Assembly: GCA_003484235.1 (NCBI GenBank)
Contig: DNDP01000293.1
Span: forward strand, 18,474 to 59,745
Length of the DNA: 41,272 nucleotides
DNA from: Verrucomicrobiales bacterium
GTDB lineage: Bacteria > Verrucomicrobiota > Verrucomicrobiia > Limisphaerales > RI-55
Direction: 5' to 3'
Every line of letters begins with the position of its first letter. Positions within the stretch are counted from its first letter, which is position 1. A program made the translations under genes and the position numbers. Shown piece after piece: positions 24,764 through 34,000 of this stretch. The notes below the pieces were generated by a model. The model made no database searches. It was given only the letters and a program-made list of their open reading frames with translations, and was not told the origin of the DNA.

Positions 24764-25483
24764 ATGCGAATCATGAAAGTTCCATTCTCCATTCTGGCTG
24801 CGATCCTTGCCCAAACGGTTGTGGCAGCGGAGAACCCACCGGTCCGGGCGACGATTGACGACATGTCGCCAGGCTGGCAGGCGCTGGGCAGCGATGATTT
24901 CGCGTCGGTCAACAGCGCCGAGGACACCTGGTCCTGGACCAACGGCGTGCTGTATTGCACCGGCCAGCCGATCAGCGTGCTGAGAACGGTGAAGGAATAC
25001 CGCAACTTCGAGCTGGTCGTGGAGTGGAGTCACCAGCGGCCGGCCGGAAACTCCGGAGTGTTCGTGTGGGTGACTCCGGAGTCGATCGAGCGCCTGACCG
25101 CCGCCGGCAAACCCGGGCTGCCGGACGGCATCGAAGTCCAGATTCTTGACCACGGCTACACCGACAAGGTCAAGGCGCAGGGCGGCAAGACCGACTGGTT
25201 CGGCACCAACGGCGACGTGTTTCCGGTCCGCGTGAAGATGACGCCGTTTCCGCCGGTTTCGCCGGACGGCAGCCGGAGCTTTCCGCGCAAGCACCTGTCA
25301 AAGGGACATGGTGAGTGGAACCACTACTACATCCGCGCAATCAACGGCGAGGTCCGCCTCTGGGTGAATGGCGAGGAGGTCTCAGGCGGGACGGGATGCG
25401 ATCCTGCGGAAGGTTATCTGTGCCTCGAAAGCGAGGGTTCGCCGATCGTGTTCCGCAAACTGCGGATCCGGGAAGTTCCCTAG
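24764..25483 (+). CDS. DUF1080 (3-keto-disaccharide hydrolase-like, concanavalin-type) secreted protein
   Basis: Signal peptide MRIMKVPFSILAAILAQTVVAAE. Family-typical features are present: W.W.NGVL...L.T...Y.NFELVVEW, NSGVFVW, and the C-terminal GYLCLESEGSPIVFRKLRIREV. Confidence 0.8.
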   Translation: MRIMKVPFSILAAILAQTVVAAENPPVRATIDDMSPGWQALGSDDFASVNSAEDTWSWTNGVLYCTGQPISVLRTVKEYRNFELVVEWSHQRPAGNSGVFVWVTPESIERLTAAGKPGLPDGIEVQILDHGYTDKVKAQGGKTDWFGTNGDVFPVRVKMTPFPPVSPDGSRSFPRKHLSKGHGEWNHYYIRAINGEVRLWVNGEEVSGGTGCDPAEGYLCLESEGSPIVFRKLRIREVP

Positions 25484-25509
25484 CCGGTTGGATGGATTGT
25501 GTCGTCCAG

Positions 25510-28080
25510 TCAACGCACTTCGGCCAGCGCACTCCAGTCGCCGTCAATGACGGCCCTGGCCCTCAGCTTGGTGGCGCTTGGTTCAAATTGTATCGGGCCG
25601 TCGTAGCGCTTGGCCCGTGGCGATACTCCACCGCCCACCAGGCGGGGATCCGTGCCGTCCGTGGTGTAATAGATCGTGGCAGTGTCGTTGGTCGAGTAGA
25701 GCTTCCAACCTGCCGTGCCGGCCGGCTGGATCTGTGGAGGCTGAAGATCTGGAATCAACCCCTGTGCAAACAGTTGGCCCAGCACGATGCCGCTCCTCTT
25801 TGGAATGTAGTCGTCTGCAATCCGGCCGACCTCCCGTCGCCAGTCGTCGTCGCGATTGAAAGGGCCCGTCACCGGATTGCCGGCCTTGTCGAATCGGGGC
25901 GGGGGATTCATGGCGTAGGTGTGCTTCACATCGCCCCAGCGGGCCGATTCGGCAATGACCGCCGACTCGAGCTCGCGCGTGCGGGCGAGGAAACGTTCAC
26001 GCAGGGACTCGGGGTGAAGCACGCCGCCCTCGCTGAAGTGCCGGTGGACGAGATCGGCCACACGCAGCCGGAACTCCGCGTTGTCCATCAGCCGCTGGAA
26101 GAACGACTGCGGACTGCTGGTTTCCATCCGCTCGCCCGTCTTGAAGGGGCCGGTGCGGTCCTCGTTGACGTTGAGCATGGTGTGTTCGGCGTCCCAGATG
26201 AAGAAACGGAAACCATCCGCTCCTTCCCTGCGGCGCAGGGAGTGGTAGTTGTTCGGGTTGCGATTGCCGCCGAATGCACTGATGGGCGCGTCAAGATTGC
26301 CGCCCCAGAAGATGATCAGCATGTATTCGATGAGGTTGTCCACCTCGAGCAGGTTCTCCAGTTCCGGATTGCGGGTGCCGTCCGGGTTGCGGCCCTGCAG
26401 GGCGAAATAGTTCCGGTTGTCGCTCATTTCGCCGCTGATGGCCGCATACAGCCGGCTCCACGCCTCCATGTTGCCGTCGGTTGGGATCATCGTGTAGGTG
26501 CTGCGCCGGGTGGTGAATCCGGAGTCCACCTTCACGGCGTCGTATTCAGATTTTTTTCCGCCGAGATAGGTTGCTCCATGGGAGGCTTCGATCCGCTCGC
26601 AGGTGTTGTAGATTCCCCAGTAGTGGCCGTTGATGTAGAGGTGGACGAACTCGCCCCGCGCCGCCGGTTGGCCCATCGCCAGCTGGAGGTCGCGGTTGAA
26701 CTGATCCCGGACAAAGATTCCGCGGGTGTCGCCCCCCAGGCTCCATGAATAGTTCTGGAAGGTGCGAAGGTCGAGGTTGTCAAACTCCTGCGCGCCGTTT
26801 CGTCCAAAGAGCGGATAGCGGAGCTTGCCGGGGCCGTATTCGTTGCGGAAGAAGAGCCGGAAGGCGTGCTTGGCGTTGATCGGCAGGCGGCTGAAACCGC
26901 CCCGGACACGGATGCCGCAGTCAATCTGGAATCCGGCGGATCCGTCAGGGTGGATCAGCTCCACGGAGGTCGGCCGCTCGGATTCGCGGCCCTGCTCGCC
27001 GGGATTGGAGTAAACGCCGTTCTTCTCGCCAAACATGTGATCCATGTCAGTCACGATCGACACGCTGGGGAGCGATTTGAGCCCGGCCACGATCTCATCC
27101 TTGAAGCGCGGGTCGTTGACAATGCGCGGATCCATCCCGTAGTCGACCTGGTTGGGGCCCCAGACATAGGGAAAGCCTTCGGGCGGCAGACCGTCGGGCG
27201 ACTGGTGGATGATGTCATGAGGAAACAAGAATGTCCGGGTGAGGACCGGTGCCGGCAGATGGCCCGGCTTGAAGGCGGCGGCCCGGAGCACCGTGGTCTT
27301 CCCGATGGTGAGCGGTTCGTCATAAACTTCGCCGTGCTGCTCGGTCGGTTCGGAGCCGTTTGTGGTGTAGCGAATGACGGCGTTCCGGGTTTCCGTGGTC
27401 AGCTTCAGTACGAATGGACGGTCAAACAGCCCGTGTGGATGACTGGCAGCGATGGCCTTTACCTCGCCCTCCAGCCGGTCGGCGTTGGGTTTACCGGGCG
27501 TCGGGCGTGCGAAAAACTGCGCATGGTTCGCGATGGGCAGACCGGCCTGCCATTCCTCGCTGATCCCAAAGCTGGTATCCGGCTTCTGCCTGGGATACTT
27601 GGGCTTGAACTCCTGGAGGACCGTCTTCCCATCCCGATCGACGAGTGCAAGATAATCCCCTTTTGCGCTCAGCTTGAAGTTTGCGTGCAGCTGGTTGTCG
27701 GGATTGCGTCGGTCCTTGGCCGAGGCGAACACCAGTTGTCTGCCTCCGGCCGGAAGGGTCAGCTCCGGCAGCGCCCACTTGCCGGTCTCGTTGCGATCGT
27801 CCGTCAGATGCAGACCTCGAAGGTTTACCGGCTCGCTGCCGTGGTTTCGCAGTTCGAGCCAGTCCGAAAAGTCGCCATCCTCATCCTTCAGGAACGAGTC
27901 GTTGGCGGCCATCAGCTCGCTCACGATCACCGTGGGTTTCGAGGTCGCAGTCTGGCCGTAACCGGGCTGTGACCCGACCGTAACACTGAGGACAGCCCAA
28001 AAAAATGGCCGGCCGATGGCGCGAAAGCAGGGAAAAAACTGGTGCATGGAATTGGGCAGGATAGGGCGGGTGAATGACAT
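25510..28080 (-). CDS. Secreted multidomain protein: lamin-tail domain (LTD) + beta-sandwich modules + CotH (atypical kinase fold) domain
   Basis: ATG 28080 (MSFTRPILPNSMHQFFPCFRAIGRPFFWAVLSV); the listed ORF start 28392 overlaps the upstream EF-hand gene. LTD region: VIVSELMAANDSFLKDEDGDFSDWLELRN..VNLRGLHLTDD. CotH-like region: ERPTSVELI..GIRVRGG..KHAFRLFF, FVHLYINGHYWGIYNTCERIE, FFIWDAEHT. Chitobiase/FN3-like modules: VIRYTTNGSEPT, TIYYTTDGTDP. Confidence 0.8.
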   Translation of the reverse strand: MSFTRPILPNSMHQFFPCFRAIGRPFFWAVLSVTVGSQPGYGQTATSKPTVIVSELMAANDSFLKDEDGDFSDWLELRNHGSEPVNLRGLHLTDDRNETGKWALPELTLPAGGRQLVFASAKDRRNPDNQLHANFKLSAKGDYLALVDRDGKTVLQEFKPKYPRQKPDTSFGISEEWQAGLPIANHAQFFARPTPGKPNADRLEGEVKAIAASHPHGLFDRPFVLKLTTETRNAVIRYTTNGSEPTEQHGEVYDEPLTIGKTTVLRAAAFKPGHLPAPVLTRTFLFPHDIIHQSPDGLPPEGFPYVWGPNQVDYGMDPRIVNDPRFKDEIVAGLKSLPSVSIVTDMDHMFGEKNGVYSNPGEQGRESERPTSVELIHPDGSAGFQIDCGIRVRGGFSRLPINAKHAFRLFFRNEYGPGKLRYPLFGRNGAQEFDNLDLRTFQNYSWSLGGDTRGIFVRDQFNRDLQLAMGQPAARGEFVHLYINGHYWGIYNTCERIEASHGATYLGGKKSEYDAVKVDSGFTTRRSTYTMIPTDGNMEAWSRLYAAISGEMSDNRNYFALQGRNPDGTRNPELENLLEVDNLIEYMLIIFWGGNLDAPISAFGGNRNPNNYHSLRRREGADGFRFFIWDAEHTMLNVNEDRTGPFKTGERMETSSPQSFFQRLMDNAEFRLRVADLVHRHFSEGGVLHPESLRERFLARTRELESAVIAESARWGDVKHTYAMNPPPRFDKAGNPVTGPFNRDDDWRREVGRIADDYIPKRSGIVLGQLFAQGLIPDLQPPQIQPAGTAGWKLYSTNDTATIYYTTDGTDPRLVGGGVSPRAKRYDGPIQFEPSATKLRARAVIDGDWSALAEVR

Positions 28081-28105
28081 GTCGGGCAGAATGGGGGAAG
28101 GAAGA

Positions 28106-28873
28106 CTACGGTTTGCGGGCTTCGCGGATGGCCTGGAGTTCATCCAAACTGGCGAGCCCGTCACCGTTGGCGTCAAACTCGAGCAGCTTTTTGGCGGCCT
28201 CGTTGAAACCGGCGTTGCCGCGCCGGTCGCCGCCGATCGCTGCGGAAGCAAAACGGATGTAGAAGCCGACGATCGTCCCGTTCTTGATGTCCGCCTGAAT
28301 GCGGGCTTTTTCCTCAGGGCCCAGGTTGCCGTCGCGGTTGTCATCGTAGGTCTGCTTGAGGACTTCGCCTTCAGCCGCCTGCGCGCGGCCATATTCGTCG
28401 CCGTCGAACTCGCCGTTCTTGTTCAGGTCGTACTTCAGCAAATAGGCGAAATAATCGCGGGCGTAGCGCATTCGGACCGTTCGCACCTCATGCAGCATGG
28501 CCGAAATCTCCGCGTCATCGAGCGTGCCGTCCGCGTTGGTGTCGTACTTCTCCTTCAGGATGCCGGTCTCCGCCTGGCGCGCTTTGACCCACTCCTGCTC
28601 GTCCATGTCGCCGTTCCGGTCGGCGTCGTAGTCGGCCAGAAACTCTGCCGGCACGCCGGAACCGGAGCCGCCCCTGGGTTTCCGGGTTTTCATGGCCATC
28701 CGCATCTGTTCCCGCTCGGCTGCGTCCAGCCGGCCATCGCCGTTTTGATCGTGCGCGGCGACGGCCTCCGCGCGCCGCTTCTGAAAGGGGTCGTCGTTTG
28801 TCTCGGCCGCGGTGGCCGGAACTGATCCGAAGGCCAAGGTGCCCAGAAGCACACAGGTGATGATCGTTTTCAT
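28106..28873 (-). CDS. Secreted calcium-binding protein with six EF-hand loops
   Basis: Signal peptide MKTIITCVLLGTLAFGSVPATAAE. Six canonical 12-residue loops: DQNGDGRLDAAE, DADRNGDMDEQE, DTNADGTLDDAE, DLNKNGEFDGDE, DDNRDGNLGPEE, DANGDGLASLDE. The ATG forms an ATGA overlap with the upstream stop. Confidence 0.9.
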   Translation of the reverse strand: MKTIITCVLLGTLAFGSVPATAAETNDDPFQKRRAEAVAAHDQNGDGRLDAAEREQMRMAMKTRKPRGGSGSGVPAEFLADYDADRNGDMDEQEWVKARQAETGILKEKYDTNADGTLDDAEISAMLHEVRTVRMRYARDYFAYLLKYDLNKNGEFDGDEYGRAQAAEGEVLKQTYDDNRDGNLGPEEKARIQADIKNGTIVGFYIRFASAAIGGDRRGNAGFNEAAKKLLEFDANGDGLASLDELQAIREARKP

Positions 28874-30246
28874 TCTTGTTTCGAGCGCTGCGCCGGCAGG
28901 GCGACTCCACTCTGACGGGGCACCAGTTCGATGTGGTTGATTTCCAGCCCGGCATCCTCCCGCACGGTCAGGGCGTAGAGGTCGGTCAGTTCAAGACCGT
29001 CCGGAGAAGGGGAAAGCTTTGGATTCAACGGCCGGAAGCTTGATAGCGGCAGCTCCACCTCCCAAGTCTCGCCGGCCGGGGCAAGATCCTCGGCCTTGAC
29101 GTCCATCTCGAACTTGCCGGCGAAGACCCCCTGCATTTTCTGGGCGCTGAATCCGAAACGGACGGGCTGGGCCTTCTCGGTGCGGCCCCGGATGCGGAGT
29201 CGCGAATCCGACTGGAGCAGCACCGGATGTTCGGTGCTTTTCCATGCCGCCAGCGCCACGGCGTAGAGCATGACCGGGTCCCTTCCGGGCACGGGCCAGA
29301 GCAACGGTTCGGCCCCCAGCCGTGCCCGTTCGGAGTTTGAGGGAGGCAGCCACTTGCCCAGCTTCACCTCGGGCACCTGCCACAGGTCGCATGCCCAGTA
29401 GTTGATCGGTTGCGGCTGAGGCACGGCCGTCAGCAGGCCTTTGCGGCTCAACGAGGCCGCCACCTGGTGGCCTGCTGGCACTTCCACCACGCTCCCGTCC
29501 AGCAGCTGCCGGACGAACGCCGTGCCTTCGTTGACGCGGAGCATCGTCTCCGCTGAGGACGTTTGGAGATCGAACTGCGCCCCCGCCGCTTCCAGCGTGA
29601 TGGTCGGCGTCTGGATTGACACGGATTGAGATGACTGGCCCGCCTTCGGACTGACCCAGAGATTTCCCTGCGAGAGCTTGAAGCGTCTTGCGCGCTTCTC
29701 CGTGTCGAGGATCCGGAGAATCGAATGTCCGGCAACCGTCATCGTAAGTCCGTCCTTCAGACTCAGTTCAATCCAGGCGTCGCAGGTGCGGGTTTCGAGC
29801 GTGTCGCCGACCCCCACGACCGTGCCGCCCTCGAGCACGCTTTCCACCTTGCCATTGGCGCCAAGGTACTGGCTGGAACCATGCACTTTGGTGATGCGAA
29901 GAAATCCCTTTTCGGCGGGTGGGAGGGCCCGGATGGCCAGCGCCGCCAGAAGCATGATGACAGCGGCGGCGGCGGCGGCACGGACCCAGCCCCGAAAATC
30001 CAGCTGGAGAATTTTTGACCGGCCCCCTCCGGGAGCGACATTCCCGGAGTGCAGTTCCGCCTGTCGTCCCCTGGCCGACCGCTCGAGTTCCGCAAACATG
30101 ACCGCCTGTTCGGCGACTTCCCGCAGGAAGGCCCGGGCGGCCGGATCGTCCCGCAGCAGCGCTTCGACACGCTGCTTTTCTTCGCCGTCCAGCCGGCCGT
30201 CGAGGTGGCGCAGCAGGAGTTCGTGAAGATTTGGGGCCGGTTTCAT
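28870..30246 (-). CDS. FecR-like transmembrane anti-sigma factor
   Basis: ATG 30246 (MKPAPNLHELLLRHLDGRLDGEEKQRVEALL) forms an ATGA overlap with the sigma gene stop. It has an N-terminal anti-sigma helix region and a single TM (WVRAAAAAAVIMLLAALAIRAL). The periplasmic FecR-like beta region (GDTLETRTCDAWIELSLKDGLTMTVAGHSILRI) is followed by ~200 aa of unknown domain. Confidence 0.75.
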   Translation of the reverse strand: MKPAPNLHELLLRHLDGRLDGEEKQRVEALLRDDPAARAFLREVAEQAVMFAELERSARGRQAELHSGNVAPGGGRSKILQLDFRGWVRAAAAAAVIMLLAALAIRALPPAEKGFLRITKVHGSSQYLGANGKVESVLEGGTVVGVGDTLETRTCDAWIELSLKDGLTMTVAGHSILRILDTEKRARRFKLSQGNLWVSPKAGQSSQSVSIQTPTITLEAAGAQFDLQTSSAETMLRVNEGTAFVRQLLDGSVVEVPAGHQVAASLSRKGLLTAVPQPQPINYWACDLWQVPEVKLGKWLPPSNSERARLGAEPLLWPVPGRDPVMLYAVALAAWKSTEHPVLLQSDSRLRIRGRTEKAQPVRFGFSAQKMQGVFAGKFEMDVKAEDLAPAGETWEVELPLSSFRPLNPKLSPSPDGLELTDLYALTVREDAGLEINHIELVPRQSGVALPAQRSKQE

Positions 30247-30788
30247 TGCGGCTGTGGTCCGGCGACGCCGGAATTGCCCAGCTTGCGTTCGATGCATTCC
30301 CGGAGGCTTTCGTGAAGCCGCGACACCCTCTTGTAGATGGCATTGAGGCCGATTCCCATCTGCTCCGCCACTTCCTCGCAGCTGCACCCGTCGAAATACC
30401 GCAGCCTGAGAATGCGTCGCGCAGACTCGGGCGCGGATTCAAGGCAGTCTTGCAGCGCTTCGATCCGTTCCCCGGAAGGCCGGGTGGGAGCGGTCAACCA
30501 CTCCTGCTCCAGCACTTCGAGAATCTCCGAATCCAGGCAATGGGTTTCACGCCTATGCCGCCGCAGCCAGTCGATGCCCTCCCGACGGGCCGTGATGAAC
30601 GCCCAGGAGAGCAGGGCGCCTTCCGTCTCGAAACTCACCTCGCGGGTCATCGCCTTGAGGGCGACATTCTGAAAGATGTCCTCGGCGGCGTGGGCGTCAT
30701 GGACAACGACCCAGGCCGCTGCTGAGATCCTGGTCCGGGACTTCATCAGTACCTGCAGAACTTCCTGTTCGGTCAGCTTCATCGGCAT
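30243..30788 (-). CDS. ECF-type RNA polymerase sigma factor
   Basis: ATG 30788 (MPMKLTEQEVL) or 30782. Region 2-like AEDIFQNVALKAM..LLSWAFITARREGIDWLRR. Region 4 HTH ILRLRYFDGCSCEEVAEQMGIGLNAIYKRVSRL. Confidence 0.85.
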   Translation of the reverse strand: MPMKLTEQEVLQVLMKSRTRISAAAWVVVHDAHAAEDIFQNVALKAMTREVSFETEGALLSWAFITARREGIDWLRRHRRETHCLDSEILEVLEQEWLTAPTRPSGERIEALQDCLESAPESARRILRLRYFDGCSCEEVAEQMGIGLNAIYKRVSRLHESLRECIERKLGNSGVAGPQPQ

Positions 30789-30911
30789 GCGAAACCTGTG
30801 ACAGGGTGCGCCGGTGGACTGTGGTGCGGCCGGCTGCCCTGACCTGCCGGCTGGTCGTTCCGGAGAGCCGGCCACCGGTCAGGTTTGCGAAATGAATACC
30901 CCTGCCCCTCA

Positions 30912-30941
30912 CTCCTCCTTCCCGTTGCGGGGAAGGAGGAG
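30912..30941. other. Strong 12-bp hairpin in the 310-nt spacer between the RND gene 3' end and the ECF sigma gene
   Basis: ctcctccttccc (30912-30923) / gggaaggaggag (30930-30941) are perfectly complementary, with a 6-nt loop gttgcg. No clear U-tract follows on either strand. Confidence 0.6.
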
Positions 30942-31098
30942 GAGCCCGGCGGACCGGGGAGGGGACGCCCGGGCAGGTGGGGAGGGGAAATCGTGTGGTG
31001 CATGACCTGCGGCTCCGCGCCGGTCATAGTGGCTCGGAGACACAATTGAAACGGCCGCCGAACGCGAATCCTGACATGCCTTGTTTCGTCGTGCCGGG

Positions 31099-34000
31099 TC
31101 ATGGTTTGCCGTGCGACCGGGTCAGCGCCCGTTCTCCGACGGGTAGACCGGTGGGCGTGCTGAATGGTTGCAAATACCAGCTGGCAAACCGTCGCCATGT
31201 AGCGGCGACATCCTCGGCCAGCAGCAGGACGCAGGGAACCAAAAACAGGGTGATCAGCGTCGTAAACAGGATTCCAAAACCCATGGACACGGCCATGGGT
31301 ATCAAAAATTGGGCCTCCAGCGATTGATCAAAGATCAACGGGGCCAGCCCGACAAAGGTGGTCAGCGAGGTAAGGATGATGGGACGGAAACGCCGCGCCC
31401 CGGCATCGAGCGCCGCCCGGTGCAGGGTCACTCCCTCTGCGCGCCGCTGGTTGACGTAGTCCACCATGACCAGCGAGTTGTTCACCGAAACACCGGCCAG
31501 GGCGAGCATGCCGAAAATCGAGAGATAGGAGGGGGTCATGCCCATGATGATGTGACCCAGCAGCGCGCCCACGGTGCCCAATGGAATCACCATCATGACG
31601 AACAGGGGCTGCGAAACGGATCGCATGGGGATGGCCAGCAATGCGAACAGGGCCAGCAGCAGGGCGCCCGTGCCAAAGATGGTGCGCCGCTTCGATTCCT
31701 CCGCCTCCGCCACGTATCCTTTGAACTGAAACGCCAGGTTCTCCCCCTCGAGACACATCTGGGTGAGTCGGGGTTCGAGGTCGCGGGCGATGGCTATGAT
31801 GTTGACCGTCTCGTCCACCGGCTGGGCACCGATGCGGATGATCTCGGCGCGGTCGTTACGTTCCACAAACGAAGGTGCCTTGGCAAACTTCACTTCGGCC
31901 ACCGTCGACAGGGGAACATCGGTGCCATGGGGCGTGCGAATCTTCATCCGATCGAGCGTGTGCAACGATTCGCGGGCCTCCCTGGGCAGGCGAACCATGA
32001 CGCGGATGTCGTCGATCCCGCGCTGCACCCGCTGGGCCTCCTCGCCGTAAAACGACTGGCGGATCTGGCGGGCAAGCAGTGCCTGATTCAGCCCGAGCTC
32101 GGCGGCCCGGGGCTTGAGCGTCAGCTCCAGCTCGTCCTGGCCGTAGTTCACCTGCGCCCAGGCGGTGCTGAACCCGCCGTGCGTCTCCAGCATCGCCTTG
32201 ATCCGTTCCGCGATCTCCGCCTTCTTGGGCGAGGTCGGACCCCGCAGCTCGAGATGGAAATTCGCGTCGGCATACTCCTTCCCGCCCTCGAAGGACTGCT
32301 CGGCAAACACCCGGAAATAGAGCGCCTCCGGTATCGGGCCGATCAGGTCGGTCCAGCGCTTGACGATCTCGCTGTTGCGGGGGCCCGGTTCGGTCCGGTC
32401 CCCTGGGTCCATGATTTCCACCGAGAGCGAGCCGCGGGACTTGCTGAAGCTGCTGCGCGCATCGTAGGCGCCGATGACCCGGGAAACATTTCGGACCAGC
32501 GATTCCCCGGTGCCGGGATCGGCAAACTCCGTCCTGACCTGCTCGAGCGCGGCCAGGATGCGGTCCATGTAGCGCCGGGTGGTCTCCACCGGCGTGTCTT
32601 CAGGCAGCCTGAGTGTCGCCGTGATGCGGCGGGAGTCCACCGAGGGAAAGGACACGAATTTCATCCGGCCGCCCACACAATAGCCGGTCATCACCAGCGC
32701 CATGGCCGCGAAGATGGACAGCATGGTCGCGCGGTGTCTGGTTGCCCAGGCAAGGGCCGGTGCGTAAAGCCGGTCGACCACCCAGTCCATGGCGCCGCTG
32801 ATGCGGCCCTGGAAGCGGTCGAACGCGTTGACATGATTCCCCATGCGAACGTGCTTAAGACGGGCGGGCAGGAAGAGCTTGCAGGCCATCAAGGAGAACA
32901 GCAGGACTGATGCGACCACCGGCGGGATCTGCTTTGCGTAGTCTCCCCAGGTTCCCTCGAAGAAGAGCATGGGTATGAACGCGACGATGGTTGTCAGGGC
33001 GCCGTAGGTGACGGGCGTCGAGACCTCCTTGGTCCCGGCCACGGCGGCTTCCAGCGGATCCATGCCGGTGCGGAGCTTGTCGAAGATGTTTTCGCCGGTG
33101 ACGATCGCGTCATCGCCCACGATGCCGATGACGATAAGGAATCCGAAGAGGCTCATCATGTTGGCGGTGACGTGCAGCCACGGCATCATCAGCAGACCGC
33201 CGGCGAGTGCGACGGGAATGCCGGCCGCGATCCAGAATGCCAGTTTCGGGCGGAGGAAAAGGCCCAGCAGCACGAGCACCAGCACGCCCCCCTGGAACAT
33301 CGCCGACCCGAGCGAACTCAGCCGGGCGCGGATGGACAGCGATTCGTCGTTCCAGACAAACAGCCCGATGCCATCCGGGAACCGCGTGTGGGCGGTCTCC
33401 ACATACTCCCGCACCTGGTCGGAGATCGCGATGGCGCTCTCCGTTCCAGTGCGCATCACCTGCACGAAAAGGGCGGGGCGGCCGTTGAACTCGACGACCT
33501 TCTCCCCCTCCTCGAAGCCGTCGATGATGCTGGCGACGTCCCCCAGCAGCACTTCTGCACCGTTCGAGGCACGGATGGGTATGCGGGCAAATTCGCTCTC
33601 CGAATAGGCCTGGCCCCGGGTCCGCACGATCAGCGTGCCGCTTTCGGTGTCGATGGCGCCGGCCGGCAGGTCGATGGAGAAGCGACGGATCGCGTCCGCC
33701 AGGTCCTGGAAGCTGAGATCGTAGGCCAGCAGCTTGTCGGCCTTGGCCTCGATGGCGATCTCGTATCGCCGGCCGCCCTGCACGGCGGCGCGGCTGATGC
33801 CGGGAAACTGCACGAGATCCTCCTGCACCCGCCGGGCGGCCTTGCGCAGGTCGTGGGCGCTCAGATTTCCGGTGACGGCCACGCTCAGGACGGGGATGTA
33901 GTTGCCGGATTCGGGAATGAACACGCGCGGTCGCTCGGTTTCGTTGGGGAAGGTGGTAATGGTGTCCACGCGCGCCTTGACGTCGTCCATAAGCTCGCGC

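Noticed and set aside
28081-28392. N-terminal extension of the CotH ORF (listed start 28392)
   Set aside because: It overlaps the 3' part of the EF-hand gene in another frame. The ATG at 28080 gives a sensible hydrophobic N-terminus and a 25-nt intergenic gap.
30789-30900. ECF-type autoregulatory promoter (GGAAC ... GTC) upstream of the sigma gene at 30788
   Set aside because: On the minus strand, GGAAC and the nearest GTC are separated by only 13 nt, shorter than the ~16-17 nt spacing expected for ECF promoters. No convincing -35/-10 pair could be defined by eye.
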